Part shown: positions 27,272 to 37,923 of the stretch, one piece after another
Position numbering within the stretch: position 1 is the first letter of the stretch
Layout: every line of letters begins with the position of its first letter
Source of the DNA: Abditibacterium sp.
Lineage (GTDB): Bacteria > Armatimonadota > Abditibacteriia > Abditibacteriales > Abditibacteriaceae
Assembly: GCA_965199495.1 (NCBI GenBank)
Contig: CBDASK010000003.1
Span: 512,001 to 576,000 of the forward strand
Direction of reading: 5' to 3'
Length of the DNA stretch: 64,000 nucleotides
Position numbers and translations under genes: made by a program
Notes under the pieces: model-generated
The model's input: only the letters and a program-made list of their open reading frames with translations
Told to the model about the DNA's origin: nothing
Database searches by the model: none

Positions 27272-28260
27272 TCAGCCAGTCGGAGTCTCGCCCAACGCAG
27301 CCACGCCGGGCAGAGCATTGCCCTTTTCGCCGAAGGGTGACTGCCAGTTGAGCGTATCTGGCTCCCACAACAAAACGCCGCGCCCCAAATTGTGGGGCAC
27401 TTCGCGCACCGTTTGAATCAACGCTCGATAGAACTGCACCTGACCGTCGGGCGAAAACGGAAATTCGGGCGCGCCCGGCACATCGGGCAACACTTCGCCC
27501 GCGTGCGGATAGTTGGTTTCCACGACGAATATCGGTTTGTGATAGGTTTGCGCCAGATGTTCCATCGTCGCTACCAAATGCGACAGGTGCCACGCGTCGT
27601 AGCCTTTCTTTTGTCCCAGGGTTCGCCCGGATAATAGCTTAAACCGATGATGTCGAAATCGGATGGTTGCTCCAACTCGGCGTTGGTCTGTTGCACGCGC
27701 CCGAAAAACCAGCGGACGAATTCGGTGTCTTGCCCATCGGGAATGTGCAGCATGATTTGCGGCGGCGATTCGGGCGAACCCTCGCGCGCACCACGAGCGC
27801 CCGCCGCCATCAGACGTAACGCGCGCTCGAATCCGCCTTTGATATTTTCCCAAAAACCGCCGCCCGCTTGCGGGCCGGAGTCGTGCAAACCGCTGCCAAA
27901 GAGCAAACCGTTTTAACTTCGTTGCCGATTTGCACCATGTCGGGCGCGGCTTTGTTTTCGACCAGATGCGCTACGACTTCGCGGCTGTAAGAACGCACTT
28001 GCTGTTCTAATTCGGGAAACGGCAAATCGCGCCAGACCGCCGGTTTGCGTTGCTGGCCCGGATCGGCCCACGAATCGGAATAGTGCAAATCGAGCAGAAA
28101 TCGAAAGCTCGCCGCTTTGATGCGCTTGCCCAATTGGGCGACGTGGCTGATGTCCGAGACCTGATATTGCGGCTTATTTTCGGGATTAACCCACAAACGC
28201 ACGCGAATGGTGTTCCAACCATTGCGCTTAGCGATGGCCAAAAGATCAACTGGCCCCGCA
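27272..28260 (-). pseudogene. GH53 galactanase pseudogene (frameshifts; 5' end lost at the IS)
   Basis: RVRLW, DLHYSDSWADPG, QIGNE, DIIGLSYYP and VETNYP are spread over three frames. Confidence 0.85.
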
Positions 28261-28270
28261 GCATCGGAGT

Positions 28271-28852
28271 AAAGAATCCCCGCAGCAAGCTACGGGGTAT
28301 TTTAAGGGAGTGTAACTTTTCGGGCTAAATGAGAGTTATTCTCGACTCACCTTCTGCTTGTGCAACTGCTGATACTGATACTGTCCCTGTTCCTTAACGT
28401 AGTTGCGCACGGCTTCTTCGCTCTGATTGGCTCCAACAGTGGCCACAAAGTAGCCGTCTGACCAGAACTCACCACCCCACAACTTCTTTTTGACCTGAGG
28501 ACACAGAGAGAAAACTTGGCGCGCGCTTACGCTCTTGAGCAAACTGACAATCTTCATCGGACTGTAAGTGGGAACGCTTTGAATCAGAAAGTGGACGTGG
28601 TCACCATCCACGCCAATCTCGATGAACTCAACCTCGTAGCGTAAGGCAAATCTCTAAGCACACTTCACGCAACGCCTCTTCGACGCTGGCATCAAATACC
28701 ACACGACGATACTTGGCCACGCACACCATGTGGTAGAGCAATGTGGTAGAGCAAAATACTGACATTATGGCTCTTGTGGATCAAACGACTCATCCTTCCA
28801 GTTCAACATAAGGCTCCTCACGCAGCCTTTCTCGCCGCAAGCGGCGGGGCAT
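28271..28852 (-). mobile_element. IS200/IS605-family element, degraded
   Basis: subterminal hairpins CCCCGCAGCAAGCTACGGGG and CTCGCCGCAAGCGGCGGG flank tnpA. Confidence 0.8.
28336..28793 (-). pseudogene. tnpA: Y1 HUH transposase, frameshifted
   Basis: DHVHFL HUH motif, LWGGEFWSDGYF, YVKEQ; 5' part out of frame. Confidence 0.85.
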
Positions 28853-28947
28853 TAAACCCAAACTGAAGTAAAACGTCCAACTCGACTTTGGCTTTGGGGA
28901 CTGGCTTCGTGTTCTTGGCGGTGGACATAATTTTTCGAGCCAATGGT

Positions 28948-29499
28948 TTAGCGGTTTTGAAGTTCTCCCGCCATTTTGAGTAGGGTGCCGTAAAAACGTG
29001 TCGTCGTGGTGCTCGCTTTTACGCCGAAAGTGCGCTTCAAAAACGCGGCGACATCGGGCGGTTTGCCGTTGGTCAGGCGATAAACAACGAACGTTTCGCC
29101 CGGCCTCGTTTGGAGAATTTCGAGGGCGCCAGTGGGCGAGCGAATTGGTAGCGGTTGTTCGCATGACAAAGGCTGCGCCGAAAATACGACAAGTAGCCGC
29201 GTGTCAGGTGTGACTTCGATTGCTTCAAATGGATTGGGCACGAGAACTCCATTCAACTGAGCCGGAGTTCGCAGGAATACGGGCACCTGGTAACCCAACT
29301 TCGCCATCAGGTGCGCTTCGATTCGAGACGCGAGCGCGACGGGATCCACTTCGCTCGTGTCGAAGAAGATGTTGCCGCTCTGGATGAACGAGCGGATATT
29401 GGCAAATCCCAACTCACCGAACAGAGCGCGCAGTTGCTCCATCTTGACGCGGTGGCCGCCAACGTTGATGCCGCGTAGAAGAGCGATGAAAGTCGTCAT
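28948..29499 (-). CDS. DUF1697 family protein
   Basis: ALLRGINVGG...IQSGNIFF. Confidence 0.88.
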   Translation of the reverse strand: MTTFIALLRGINVGGHRVKMEQLRALFGELGFANIRSFIQSGNIFFDTSEVDPVALASRIEAHLMAKLGYQVPVFLRTPAQLNGVLVPNPFEAIEVTPDTRLLVVFSAQPLSCEQPLPIRSPTGALEILQTRPGETFVVYRLTNGKPPDVAAFLKRTFGVKASTTTTRFYGTLLKMAGELQNR

Positions 29500-29587
29500 A
29501 TCAGTTGTCCCTGAAACGCAAGCATTGCGGCGTTGAATGGGTCGGGCCTTTGGAGCGGTGCGAAATGACTGACACCCTCTAAAACGG

Positions 29588-30064
29588 TTAATTCCGCGTT
29601 GGTTCGGCGCGAACAACGAGGCGTTTGCGAAAGACGTAACTCGTCTTTTCGTAATTCAGATGGTCTTCGTAAAAACGATGAGCCTCGGTTCGTTGCAAAC
29701 CAGAAGAGAGGGCGATTATCTCACAACCTTCACGACGCGCAAATTCCTCAATGAATTCCAGCAGGCGGCGACCGTAGCCCTGGGAGCGAGCGTCGCTCAC
29801 CGTGATTAAATCATAAACCCAAACGTGGCGTCCATAAGAGAGATTGGTGAGAACCCCGATACCAGCGAGAGAAACGATGCGGCCCCCAGCGCGCAAAGCA
29901 AAAAGGCGGTAGCCTTCTGGGGCCATGCTTTGAAGCAAGTCGAGATATTGCTGCTCCTTCAAATGGGTTCGCAGCTCGTGCATCACCGGGAATGCTTCTC
30001 GCCAATCTTCCTGAGATTGAAGTTCTTGAATCTGAAGTTCTTGGATCATTAGTTTTTTCTTCAT
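29588..30064 (-). CDS. GNAT acetyltransferase
   Basis: ARSQGYGRRLL, AHRFYE. Confidence 0.9.
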   Translation of the reverse strand: MKKKLMIQELQIQELQSQEDWREAFPVMHELRTHLKEQQYLDLLQSMAPEGYRLFALRAGGRIVSLAGIGVLTNLSYGRHVWVYDLITVSDARSQGYGRRLLEFIEEFARREGCEIIALSSGLQRTEAHRFYEDHLNYEKTSYVFRKRLVVRAEPTRN

Positions 30065-30253
30065 TGCAAAACTCTCCCGTTTTTAGGCGTGACTTGCGAA
30101 TGGTCAGACGCGCAGGTGCGAGCGAAAAATGAGAAGATTCATTGGTATCAATCCGGAGTCGCACGTTTTCGCGCGCGGCGATTTGCGCCAGCTTGCGCGC
30201 GCTCGCTCTTGTCAGGGTTTCGTCCATGTCGGGGCCCGGCATCGGGCAGCAGA

Positions 30254-30754
30254 TCACTGCCCTCCAAAACGCGCTTCGAAAGTCTGTCGCCACTGCGCCA
30301 CTTGCTGGGCATGATAAGTGTCGTGTAACGGAATCAGCACCAGCAGACATTCCAGCGTCAGCCGTCCGGCTCGTTCGTGCGAGCAGCAGCGTTGTCCATC
30401 CTGAGGCGCCAGCGCGCGGGCGAATTCAACGATTTGCCGCCGTCGCTCGCCAAACAAACGCCACTGCTCCTGCGGGTGAGTGCGCGCGTAATCATGATCG
30501 AAGACAAGCTGCTCTTCGTCGATGTCGGGCAGCAACGGTTCGTGTTCATCGCGCGTTCGTTGCAGACGCTCCAGAAAGATGGCGTCCCAGTCCGCGAGGT
30601 GCGCCATAACTTCTCGGATGGAAAAACGCGCAGCATCAGGCCGAAAGTCGGCTTCCTCTTCGCTTAAATCGCGCAGCAATCGCTCGAAAATCTCCGGCGC
30701 GGCTTCCAGCGCGTTTATTAAATACGTGTTGAGACCGGGGTGTTCAATCAGCAT
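30254..30754 (-). CDS. DinB-family protein
   Basis: SIREVMAHL...HDTYH. Confidence 0.85.
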   Translation of the reverse strand: MLIEHPGLNTYLINALEAAPEIFERLLRDLSEEEADFRPDAARFSIREVMAHLADWDAIFLERLQRTRDEHEPLLPDIDEEQLVFDHDYARTHPQEQWRLFGERRRQIVEFARALAPQDGQRCCSHERAGRLTLECLLVLIPLHDTYHAQQVAQWRQTFEARFGGQ

Positions 30755-30845
30755 CAGTTTTCTCCTTAGTCCAATTCCGCTTGTTCTATCAAAGTCGTGA
30801 TCTACCCACGAGGGTGCGGTTAGTCACTTGCGTAGTCGCAATGGA

Positions 30846-31385
30846 TCAGGCGGGCGAGGTCGGACGATAAATCAGCGCGACGGCGCCAGAATCGAAGGTT
30901 CGCGTTTCGATGAGTTGCAAAGTCGCGGGCGTGCTGCTGTGAAAAAGGCGCTTGCCCGCGCCCAGCACGACCGGAAAAATCATCAGGCGGAACTCGTCGA
31001 TTAGGTTGTGCGGCAAAAGCGCAGCGATCAAATCGGCGCTGCCGTAAATCAGAATATCGCCGCCGTCCTGCGCCTTGATGCGCGCGACTTCGGCGGCGAT
31101 GTCGCCCCGGATGATCTGCGCGTTCCAGGTCGCCTCGCTCAGGGTGTTGGAAGCCACGAACTTGGGTAGAGCATTCATGCGCGGCGCCCACCTTTCATCG
31201 GTTGATGTGGGCCAATACTCCGCGAACTCCTCGTAAGTCACGCGTCCCAACAGCAGCGCATCGGCGCTTTGCAGCTCGTCGCGTTTGAAACGCCCGCCCG
31301 CTTCGTCCCGATAGGGCATCATCCACGACGGCTCTTCCATCACGCCGTCCAACGATAAAAATGTGCTGACAATTAATTTTCTCAT
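30846..31385 (-). CDS. dihydrofolate reductase/RibD C-terminal family protein
   Basis: SLDGV, LLGRVTY, IYGS, PVVLGAGKRLF. Confidence 0.9.
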   Translation of the reverse strand: MRKLIVSTFLSLDGVMEEPSWMMPYRDEAGGRFKRDELQSADALLLGRVTYEEFAEYWPTSTDERWAPRMNALPKFVASNTLSEATWNAQIIRGDIAAEVARIKAQDGGDILIYGSADLIAALLPHNLIDEFRLMIFPVVLGAGKRLFHSSTPATLQLIETRTFDSGAVALIYRPTSPA

Positions 31386-31428
31386 TTTGATTCCCCTGAG
31401 CGTAAATTATGGAACGAACGCTCTTTTA

Positions 31429-31917
31429 TCACAACATCGCGGCGATATCCGTCACGCCGCAATCCAAACCGGCCTGCTCTATCAAAGCCGTGATCTGTCC
31501 GCGATGGTGCGTCTGATGATTGAAAAAATGCTGCACCGCGATCCACAAAGGCAATTGACGTGGCTGCGGATTCGACACCGAAATAAAGCGCAGCATTGAA
31601 TGCAGTTTTTCGGCAGTCAAAGTCTCTACGAAAGCATCAATCGCGTCGTCGGTGAGCGCGCGTTCGGCTTGCAAATCGTTCCAGTCGGCGCAGATTTCGT
31701 AGTCGAGCGTATTGTAAGGCAAAGACGAGGACTCGAAACGCGCCAGCCACAAGCGGTCGCACAGCAGAAGATGGTTCCACAAACCGTGAATCGAGCCGAA
31801 AGGCGCGCGACGTGGCTGCTTGCGCTCTTTATCAGAAAGTTGCGAACAGGTCGCCATCAGTTTCTCGTTCATCCAGCGGTTGTATTGCGCCATGCGGCGC
31901 AGCATTTCGATTTTCAT
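31429..31917 (-). CDS. DinB-family protein
   Basis: YNRWMN, GSIHGLWNH, HFFNHQTHHRGQ. Confidence 0.9.
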   Translation of the reverse strand: MKIEMLRRMAQYNRWMNEKLMATCSQLSDKERKQPRRAPFGSIHGLWNHLLLCDRLWLARFESSSLPYNTLDYEICADWNDLQAERALTDDAIDAFVETLTAEKLHSMLRFISVSNPQPRQLPLWIAVQHFFNHQTHHRGQITALIEQAGLDCGVTDIAAML

Positions 31918-31946
31918 TGATTTTCTCCAAGGTTTTGAAGCCGGTT

Positions 31947-33393
31947 TTAGAGTTGCTTTTTCGCCAGACTCCCCAGTGTTTGCACGGCGCGCTCGATTTC
32001 GCTGCTCCAGGCTAAACCGGCGCTCAGGCGCAGACAGTGATTGTATTTGTCGCGCGCGGAAAACAAGCGTCCCGGCGCGATAGAAATCCCGTGTTCCAGC
32101 GCTTTGAAAAACAACGCCAGCGTGTCGATTTGCGGCGGCAGTTCGGCCCACAGCAAAAAGCCGCCGCCGGGCCGCGTCAAGCGCGTGCCGTCGGGAAAAG
32201 AGTGCGCAACGATTTCGGTTAACGCGCCCAGTTGAGAGGCGTAGCGCTTGCGAGTGCGGCGCAGATAGTGATCGTAGCCGCCCGCGTGCAGAAACTCAGC
32301 GACCGCCAACAGGCGGCAGGCTCGCCGTCGCCATGCTGCTGGTCATCTTGAGCCATTCGACTTCTTTCCAAAATCGTCCCGGCGCGACCCAACCCACGCG
32401 CAGTCCCGGCCCCAACGTTTTGGAAAAGGTGGAGCAAAGCAGCACATTGCCCGCGTCATCGAACGATTTGGCCACCCGCGCCCGCGCCGGAGCGAAGCTC
32501 AAATCGCCGTAAGTGTCGTCTTCGATCAAGGGAATCTGACGCGCGGCGAGCATTTCCACCAAAAGCTGTTTGCGCGCATCCGGGATCGTTGAGCCGAGCG
32601 GATTGCTCAGGTTCGGCATCAGCAAACAGGCGGCGATGGACTGATGATCGAGCGCGTGTTCCAACGCTTCGAGCGACACGCCTTCGCGCGGATGGGTCGG
32701 CAGTTCCAAAGCGCGTAGTCCCAAAGATTCCAGCACTTGCAGCGAACCAAAATACGTCGGCGATTCCAATGCGACCGTATCGCCCGCTTTGGTAACGGCG
32801 CGCAGGCACAGGCTGATCGCTTCAGTCGCGCCGCTTGTCACCAGCACATCGTCGGGCGACAGGGCGCAGCCCGATTCGACGCTGCGCCGCGCGATTTCCA
32901 TGCGCAACGCTTCGCAGCCGGGCGGCATATCGTAACCGGCGCTGTGTCCGGGATGGTTACGGTGCGCCGTGGTTAATGCTCGCTCGATGGCGCGGGTGGG
33001 CAGCAGGTCGCGCCCCGGCACAGCCACGCTGAGGTTGAGCAATTTCGGGTCGTTGGTGGCGCGCAGCACTTTTCCAACCAGCTCGCTCATGCTGATGTCG
33101 GTCGCGTCTGCGGGTGCTTGCACTGGCGGCACGGCGGGTTCAGGCAAAGCCGCCGCACGGTGGCGCACGAAATAGCCCGATTGTGGGCGCGCTTCGACCC
33201 AACCGCCGTCTTCGAGCGTGCGGTAGGCTTGCAAAACGGTCGAAATGCTCACGCCCTTTTGCGCCGCCATGTGCCGCACCGACGGCACCTTTTGGCCGAC
33301 GCCCAGCGCACCGCACTCGATGGCATCGGTGAGACCGCGCGCGATTTCCTGATACAGATGTTCGTCGGTCTCCTCGAAAACGGGGGCTTGCAT
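31947..33393 (-). pseudogene. MocR/GntR PLP-dependent regulator with a single frameshift near 32310
   Basis: GntR HTH, IEDD, TFSKTLGPGLRVGW; C-terminus lies in ORF 31947-32309. Confidence 0.85.
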
Positions 33394-33438
33394 TTTTAAA
33401 CTCCTCACATCAAGGTTACTGCTCCTCGAAACGCAAGT

Positions 33439-33603
33439 TAAGACACAGAACTGCGAGCAAAACACCAGAACAGCGCGCTAAATTCCCAACTGTTACGGTT
33501 ACAAAATAGGTGATTTATCTCTGTTATGGCTCGCGCAAATGTCGCTAACTTGGGGGACATGAGTTCCTCAATGCTGCTGCCAATGCCCGCCGATGTTCGC
33601 GCG
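33439..33603 (+). repeat. diverged direct duplication of the MocR-divergent promoter plus DUF2917 start (copy 1)
   Basis: aligns to 34375-34542. Confidence 0.8.
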
Positions 33604-33634
33604 CTGCGAACCGGAGGAGCGGCGCGTGCAAAAC

Positions 33635-34339
33635 TTACTTGATGCCGCCGAAAGCTGCAAAACAATTGTTCTTGTGAAGCACTTCCACTTGTTTGAAACC
33701 AACTTCGCGCAGCAAGTCAATTTGATACATCAATGATCGAGGCGTATCTTCTTCCTGGATATACGAAAAAACGTGGTCGCGGTATTTTTCGTCCTTGAGT
33801 TGGGTTAGATATTGCCCGAATCGCTGCCACATCATGTCCTGAACTTGTGGTAGGGAGTGGGTAATGAAATCCACAATCCAGAGCGAGCCGCCGGGCTTGA
33901 GCCATTGATAGAAATTGCCGAAGACTTGCTGCCATTCTGCATCTTCTCGCAGATGGTGCAGAGTGGCTCCAGCCAAAATAACGTCAAATTGAGAGGGAGC
34001 AAGTTTCAGTTCCCGCATATCGGACTGAATGGAAACAACGCGCCCCGTAGTTGCCGCTGTGACACGCTCGACGGCACGCTCCAGCATCGGTTGGCTCAAA
34101 TCCACCAGCGTCGCATTAAGGTCGGGTAAAGATTGGAGCAACTTGAGGGTATAATTGCCTGCGCCACAGCCTATATCTAAAACATGAGATGCGGCTGGGT
34201 TGGTGGCCGTGGCTGCTTGAACGACTAACTCCAGCGAAAGCGGCGCGTCCATCGTCGCAGATTGCCCAGTCTCAAGATTAGAAAACCGCTCGACATCATT
34301 ATCGAAACGTTGACGGATTTGTTCGACGGTAGATTTCAT
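33635..34339 (-). CDS. class I SAM-dependent methyltransferase (CmoA-like)
   Basis: VLDIGCGAG, LKPGG. Confidence 0.9.
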   Translation of the reverse strand: MKSTVEQIRQRFDNDVERFSNLETGQSATMDAPLSLELVVQAATATNPAASHVLDIGCGAGNYTLKLLQSLPDLNATLVDLSQPMLERAVERVTAATTGRVVSIQSDMRELKLAPSQFDVILAGATLHHLREDAEWQQVFGNFYQWLKPGGSLWIVDFITHSLPQVQDMMWQRFGQYLTQLKDEKYRDHVFSYIQEEDTPRSLMYQIDLLREVGFKQVEVLHKNNCFAAFGGIK

Positions 34340-34374
34340 GGGTGTTGAGTGTAATCTGCTCTCAAACTCCAGGA

Positions 34375-34542
34375 TAAGATACAGAACTGCGATTAAACGA
34401 CCGGAACAGCACGCGAAATTTCTTACTGTTGCGGTTACAAAACAAGCGAATTGTCTCTGTTATGCTTCGCGCATCTGTCGCTAACTTGGGTTGTGCCATG
34501 AATTCCCCGATGTTGCTCCCGATGCCCGCCGATGTTTGCGCG
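34375..34542 (+). repeat. duplication copy 2
   Basis: aligns to 33439-33603. Confidence 0.8.
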
Positions 34543-34782
34543 TCCGAGCGTTGCGAAATCACGCTCGAAGCGGGCCAAATTTGGAGCGCAGTTTTGCCTC
34601 AGCGCGCTCTCGTTCATTGCGTGCGCGGCGTCATTTGGCTAACGCAAAGCGACGATGCAACGGATTTCGTTTTGTTGGCGGGCCAAAGTTTCGTCGCGCC
34701 TCAAGAGAGCAGCCACGTCGTCGTGCAAGCGATCAATTCGGCGGACGCGAGCTTGGTGGTGGAAGGAATGGAAACTCACTAA
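34498..34782 (+). CDS. DUF2917 family protein
   Basis: CVRGVIWLTQ...DFVLLAGQ. Confidence 0.8.
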   Translation: MNSPMLLPMPADVCASERCEITLEAGQIWSAVLPQRALVHCVRGVIWLTQSDDATDFVLLAGQSFVAPQESSHVVVQAINSADASLVVEGMETH

Positions 34783-34797
34783 AGACGGAAAACAAAA

Positions 34798-35274
34798 ATG
34801 CTTAACAAAGAAACTTTACTCACGCTATTCGAGAGCAATCTCAAAAATCTGGTCTTCAATTTCGGTCTGTTGCCCGCCGACAAACTCAGTTGGAAACCCG
34901 CGCCTGAAGCGAAATCGGCGCTGGAAATCGCCAATCATCTGGCGGAGTTTGCCAACGGAGTCTGCGGCAGTTTGAGCGGAGAAAAGCCGCCGTTCCAGCC
35001 CGCGACAAACGGCGACGAAGCAACTCAGAATTTAACCGCCATCGGCGCGCGCTTCACGGGCGCGTTGCGCGCGGCTTCGGGCGCAACGTTGGAAGAGATT
35101 TTCTCGCCCGAATTCGGAGTTTCCAATGAGTTCGTTGCGACAGGTGTTGTCGTTGACGTGATTCATCACGGCGGGCAGATTGCGTATTTGCAAACGTTGC
35201 TGGGCGACGAGCAAGTCCACTTCGATCCAGCAGCAATGGCGACAGTGGCGCAGCAATGGAAAATAGAACCATGA
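34798..35274 (+). CDS. DinB-family protein
   Basis: WKP...SALEIANH...HHGGQIAY. Confidence 0.8.
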   Translation: MLNKETLLTLFESNLKNLVFNFGLLPADKLSWKPAPEAKSALEIANHLAEFANGVCGSLSGEKPPFQPATNGDEATQNLTAIGARFTGALRAASGATLEEIFSPEFGVSNEFVATGVVVDVIHHGGQIAYLQTLLGDEQVHFDPAAMATVAQQWKIEP

Positions 35275-35648
35275 TGACACAAGATGACGCGCAAAAGTGG
35301 GCGCAGGAGTGGGTGGGGGCGTGGAATGCGCATGACGTTGATCGCGTTTTGGCGCATTACGCCGAAGATTTCGAGATGGGCAGTCCGTATATCGTGACGA
35401 TTGCGGGCGAGCCATCGGGCGTTTTGCGTGGCAAAGGCGCCGTGGCTGCTTACTGGCGCGCGGCGTTGGAGCGCAGGCCGGACTTGCACTTCGAGTTGCT
35501 GCGCGTCTTGCGCGGCGTGGATAGCCTCGCGCTGTTTTATCAGAGCGCGCCCGGTGTTGTGGGAACCGAAGTTTTCTTTTTCGATGCGAGCGGCGCGATT
35601 TGTAAAGCCTACGCGCACTACGCGGCGACATCTGCCACGACGCGATGA
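35271..35648 (+). CDS. SnoaL/NTF2-like protein
   Basis: WVGAWNAHDVDRVLAHY. Confidence 0.88.
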   Translation: MMTQDDAQKWAQEWVGAWNAHDVDRVLAHYAEDFEMGSPYIVTIAGEPSGVLRGKGAVAAYWRAALERRPDLHFELLRVLRGVDSLALFYQSAPGVVGTEVFFFDASGAICKAYAHYAATSATTR

Positions 35649-35741
35649 ATCTGGAACAATCGCTGCTTTTTTGCGACGACCATTGTGCCGGTGCGCGCCA
35701 GTTGGCTGCATGCTGTAATATTTTCAATCAAGGAATGACTA

Positions 35742-36530
35742 ATGCAGAACAAACCGAAGTTTGGGTTCGTTGTTGAACACGAAGTTACAGCGAACCGAGT
35801 TACCTACGATGCAGACGGCCTGCGCATGGTCGGCCACCTGGCGCGGCCACACGGCGATGGCCCTTGGCCAGCAGTGCTTATCGGACACGACGGCGTTGGT
35901 CTTGACGATTACCAACGGGGCCGCGCTGATGATCTCGCCGCGCACGGCTATGTCGCGCTCGCAATGGACTATCATGGTGGACAGTCCTTCTTCGGCAGGC
36001 CCGAAGCGATGTTGGCTCGGACGCTACCCTTGATGGCCGACACTGAACGGATGCGGGCTATCGGTCACACAGCGCTCGACATTCTACTCGCGACACCTGG
36101 TGTTGACTCGAACCGGCTTTCGGCTCTCGGCTATGGCGCTGGCGGCCTTATCGTCCTTGAGCTGGCGAAGACAGGCGTGCCCTTCAGAGCCGTTGCGGTT
36201 GTTCATCCCGGCCTGCCGGAGCCCAATGCTCAGGACTGGAGCGATGTAAACAGCACTTTCCTGCTATGCACTGGCTCAGAAGACCCCCTTTGCACTCCAG
36301 ACCAACTGCTTACATTTGCTCAAGCGCTACAGGAGGCCGGGATTGATTGGCGCGTAAATATCTATGGTGGAGCCAAGCACGCCTTCTGGGCTCGCCCAAC
36401 TAATCCCGACGGATCACCGACCGAAGGTTTTACTCACGCTCAGGAGACGGTGCCCGGCGTTGGCTATCACCCGAAACACACAGGGCGCGCATGGCAAGCC
36501 ATACTCGATCTGTTTGGCGAAACACCGTAA
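35742..36530 (+). CDS. dienelactone hydrolase family protein
   Basis: GYVALAMD, GSEDP, YGGAKHAF; the nucleophile elbow reads GYGAGG. Confidence 0.85.
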   Translation: MQNKPKFGFVVEHEVTANRVTYDADGLRMVGHLARPHGDGPWPAVLIGHDGVGLDDYQRGRADDLAAHGYVALAMDYHGGQSFFGRPEAMLARTLPLMADTERMRAIGHTALDILLATPGVDSNRLSALGYGAGGLIVLELAKTGVPFRAVAVVHPGLPEPNAQDWSDVNSTFLLCTGSEDPLCTPDQLLTFAQALQEAGIDWRVNIYGGAKHAFWARPTNPDGSPTEGFTHAQETVPGVGYHPKHTGRAWQAILDLFGETP

Positions 36531-36568
36531 ATGGACGAGCAAAAAGCGCTTGAGATAGGGCAAACGAA

Positions 36569-36931
36569 ATGATAATTCAATCAGTAGCGATGCAGTTCGC
36601 GCGCGAGTGAATCGAGGCGTGGAACGCCCGCGATCTGGAGCGGGTTCTGTCGCACTACACCGAAGATTTTAGGATGAGCAGTCCGCTCATCGTGACGCTG
36701 TTCGGCGAACCATCCGGCACGCTCAAAGGCCGCGAGCAGATCGGCGCCTACTGGAAAATAGCGTTAGAACGTCTGCCCGACCTGCGCTTTGAACTGCTGG
36801 AAGTCTTTGCGGGCGTGGATAGCCTCGTCATCATCTTCCAGGCCATGTCGGGTAAACGGAGCGTCGAAGTGCTTTTCTTCAACGAAAGCGGCCAGGTTTA
36901 TCAAGCGATGGCGCATCACGAACAATCCTGA
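36569..36931 (+). pseudogene. SnoaL/NTF2-like paralogue with TGG>TGA nonsense
   Basis: FARE*IEAWNARDLERVLSHY in frame with ORF 36674. Confidence 0.75.
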
Positions 36932-37029
36932 CAGCGCCGTCAAAGGCGCCTCATCGCTCACGCAGGCACGTTGCGGTTTTTGCCTTGACTTGTCCTAACC
37001 GCGCCCGAAAAAATTCCCTGTTCTGACTC

Positions 37030-37092
37030 TTGACGCCCCAAAAACAAAGGATTATAATTAACCTTGTAGTTAATTAACAAGGAGGTTAATTA
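37030..37092 (+). promoter_or_regulatory. sigma70 promoter with two overlapping operators
   Basis: TTGACG-17nt-TATAAT; TAATTAAC-N6-GTTAATTA at 37055-37076 and 37071-37092. Confidence 0.8.
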
Positions 37093-37448
37093 TGTCGCCA
37101 GAGCGTTTAGATGCGGTGTTTGGGGCGTTGTCGGATGCGACGCGCCGCGCGATTCTGGAACGCCTTGCGTCTGGCGAGGCTTCGGTGAAAGAGCTATCGG
37201 AGCCGTTTGCGATGAGCGCACCGGCCATCACCAAACATTTGAAGGTGTTGGAGAGCGCGGGTTTGATTGTGCGCAGTCGAGACGGGCAGTGGCGGCCCTG
37301 CCGTCTGAATGCCGAGCCGCTGCGCGAAGCCTGCGCGTGGGTGGAGCAATACCGCCGCTTCTGGGACGAAAGCTTCGACCGTTTGGAGGCTTATCTCAAG
37401 GAGTTACAAAACGAAGACAAGGAGAAAACAGATGACAACAACCAGTGA
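37092..37448 (+). CDS. ArsR/SmtB-family regulator
   Basis: FGALSDATRRAIL...KHLKVLESAGL. Confidence 0.92.
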   Translation: MSPERLDAVFGALSDATRRAILERLASGEASVKELSEPFAMSAPAITKHLKVLESAGLIVRSRDGQWRPCRLNAEPLREACAWVEQYRRFWDESFDRLEAYLKELQNEDKEKTDDNNQ

Positions 37449-37923
37449 AAATGCCGTCCAGACAGCGGCTCCTGAACTCGTGATCACGCGCGTTTTCGAG
37501 GCGCCGCGCGCATTGGTCTGGCGGGCGTGGACGGAAGACGAGCATATGAGCCACTGGGGCGCGCCGCACGGCTTTATCGTCACGCACTGCGAAGGCGTGT
37601 TGAGGGTGGGCGGAACTTGGCGCTCGTGCATGAAGTCGCCCGATGGACAAGAGTTATGGCTGGGCGGCGAATACCGCGAAGTCGTTCCCATCGAGAAGTT
37701 GGTTTTTACTCATATTTGGGACGACGAAAACGGGCAACCCGGCCCCGAAACGGTTGTTACCATTACGCTGGCCGATGAAGGACGCAGCACAAAAATGGTG
37801 TTTCGTCAAACCGGCTTTACCTCGGCCTCGTCGCGGGATGGACACGAAGGCGGCTGGAACGAGAGCTTCGACCGCCTGCGGGAGTATTTGCCGGGAATGC
37901 ACACAGAGGGACGCGATAAATAG
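37432..37923 (+). CDS. SRPBCC/AHA1 domain protein
   Basis: ITRVFEAPRALVWRAWT...GWNESFDRL. Confidence 0.9.
   Translation: MTTTSENAVQTAAPELVITRVFEAPRALVWRAWTEDEHMSHWGAPHGFIVTHCEGVLRVGGTWRSCMKSPDGQELWLGGEYREVVPIEKLVFTHIWDDENGQPGPETVVTITLADEGRSTKMVFRQTGFTSASSRDGHEGGWNESFDRLREYLPGMHTEGRDK

Noticed and set aside
32296..32320. Programmed frameshift in the MocR regulator
   Set aside because: There is no slippery sequence; a single-base loss by mutation or sequencing error is simpler.
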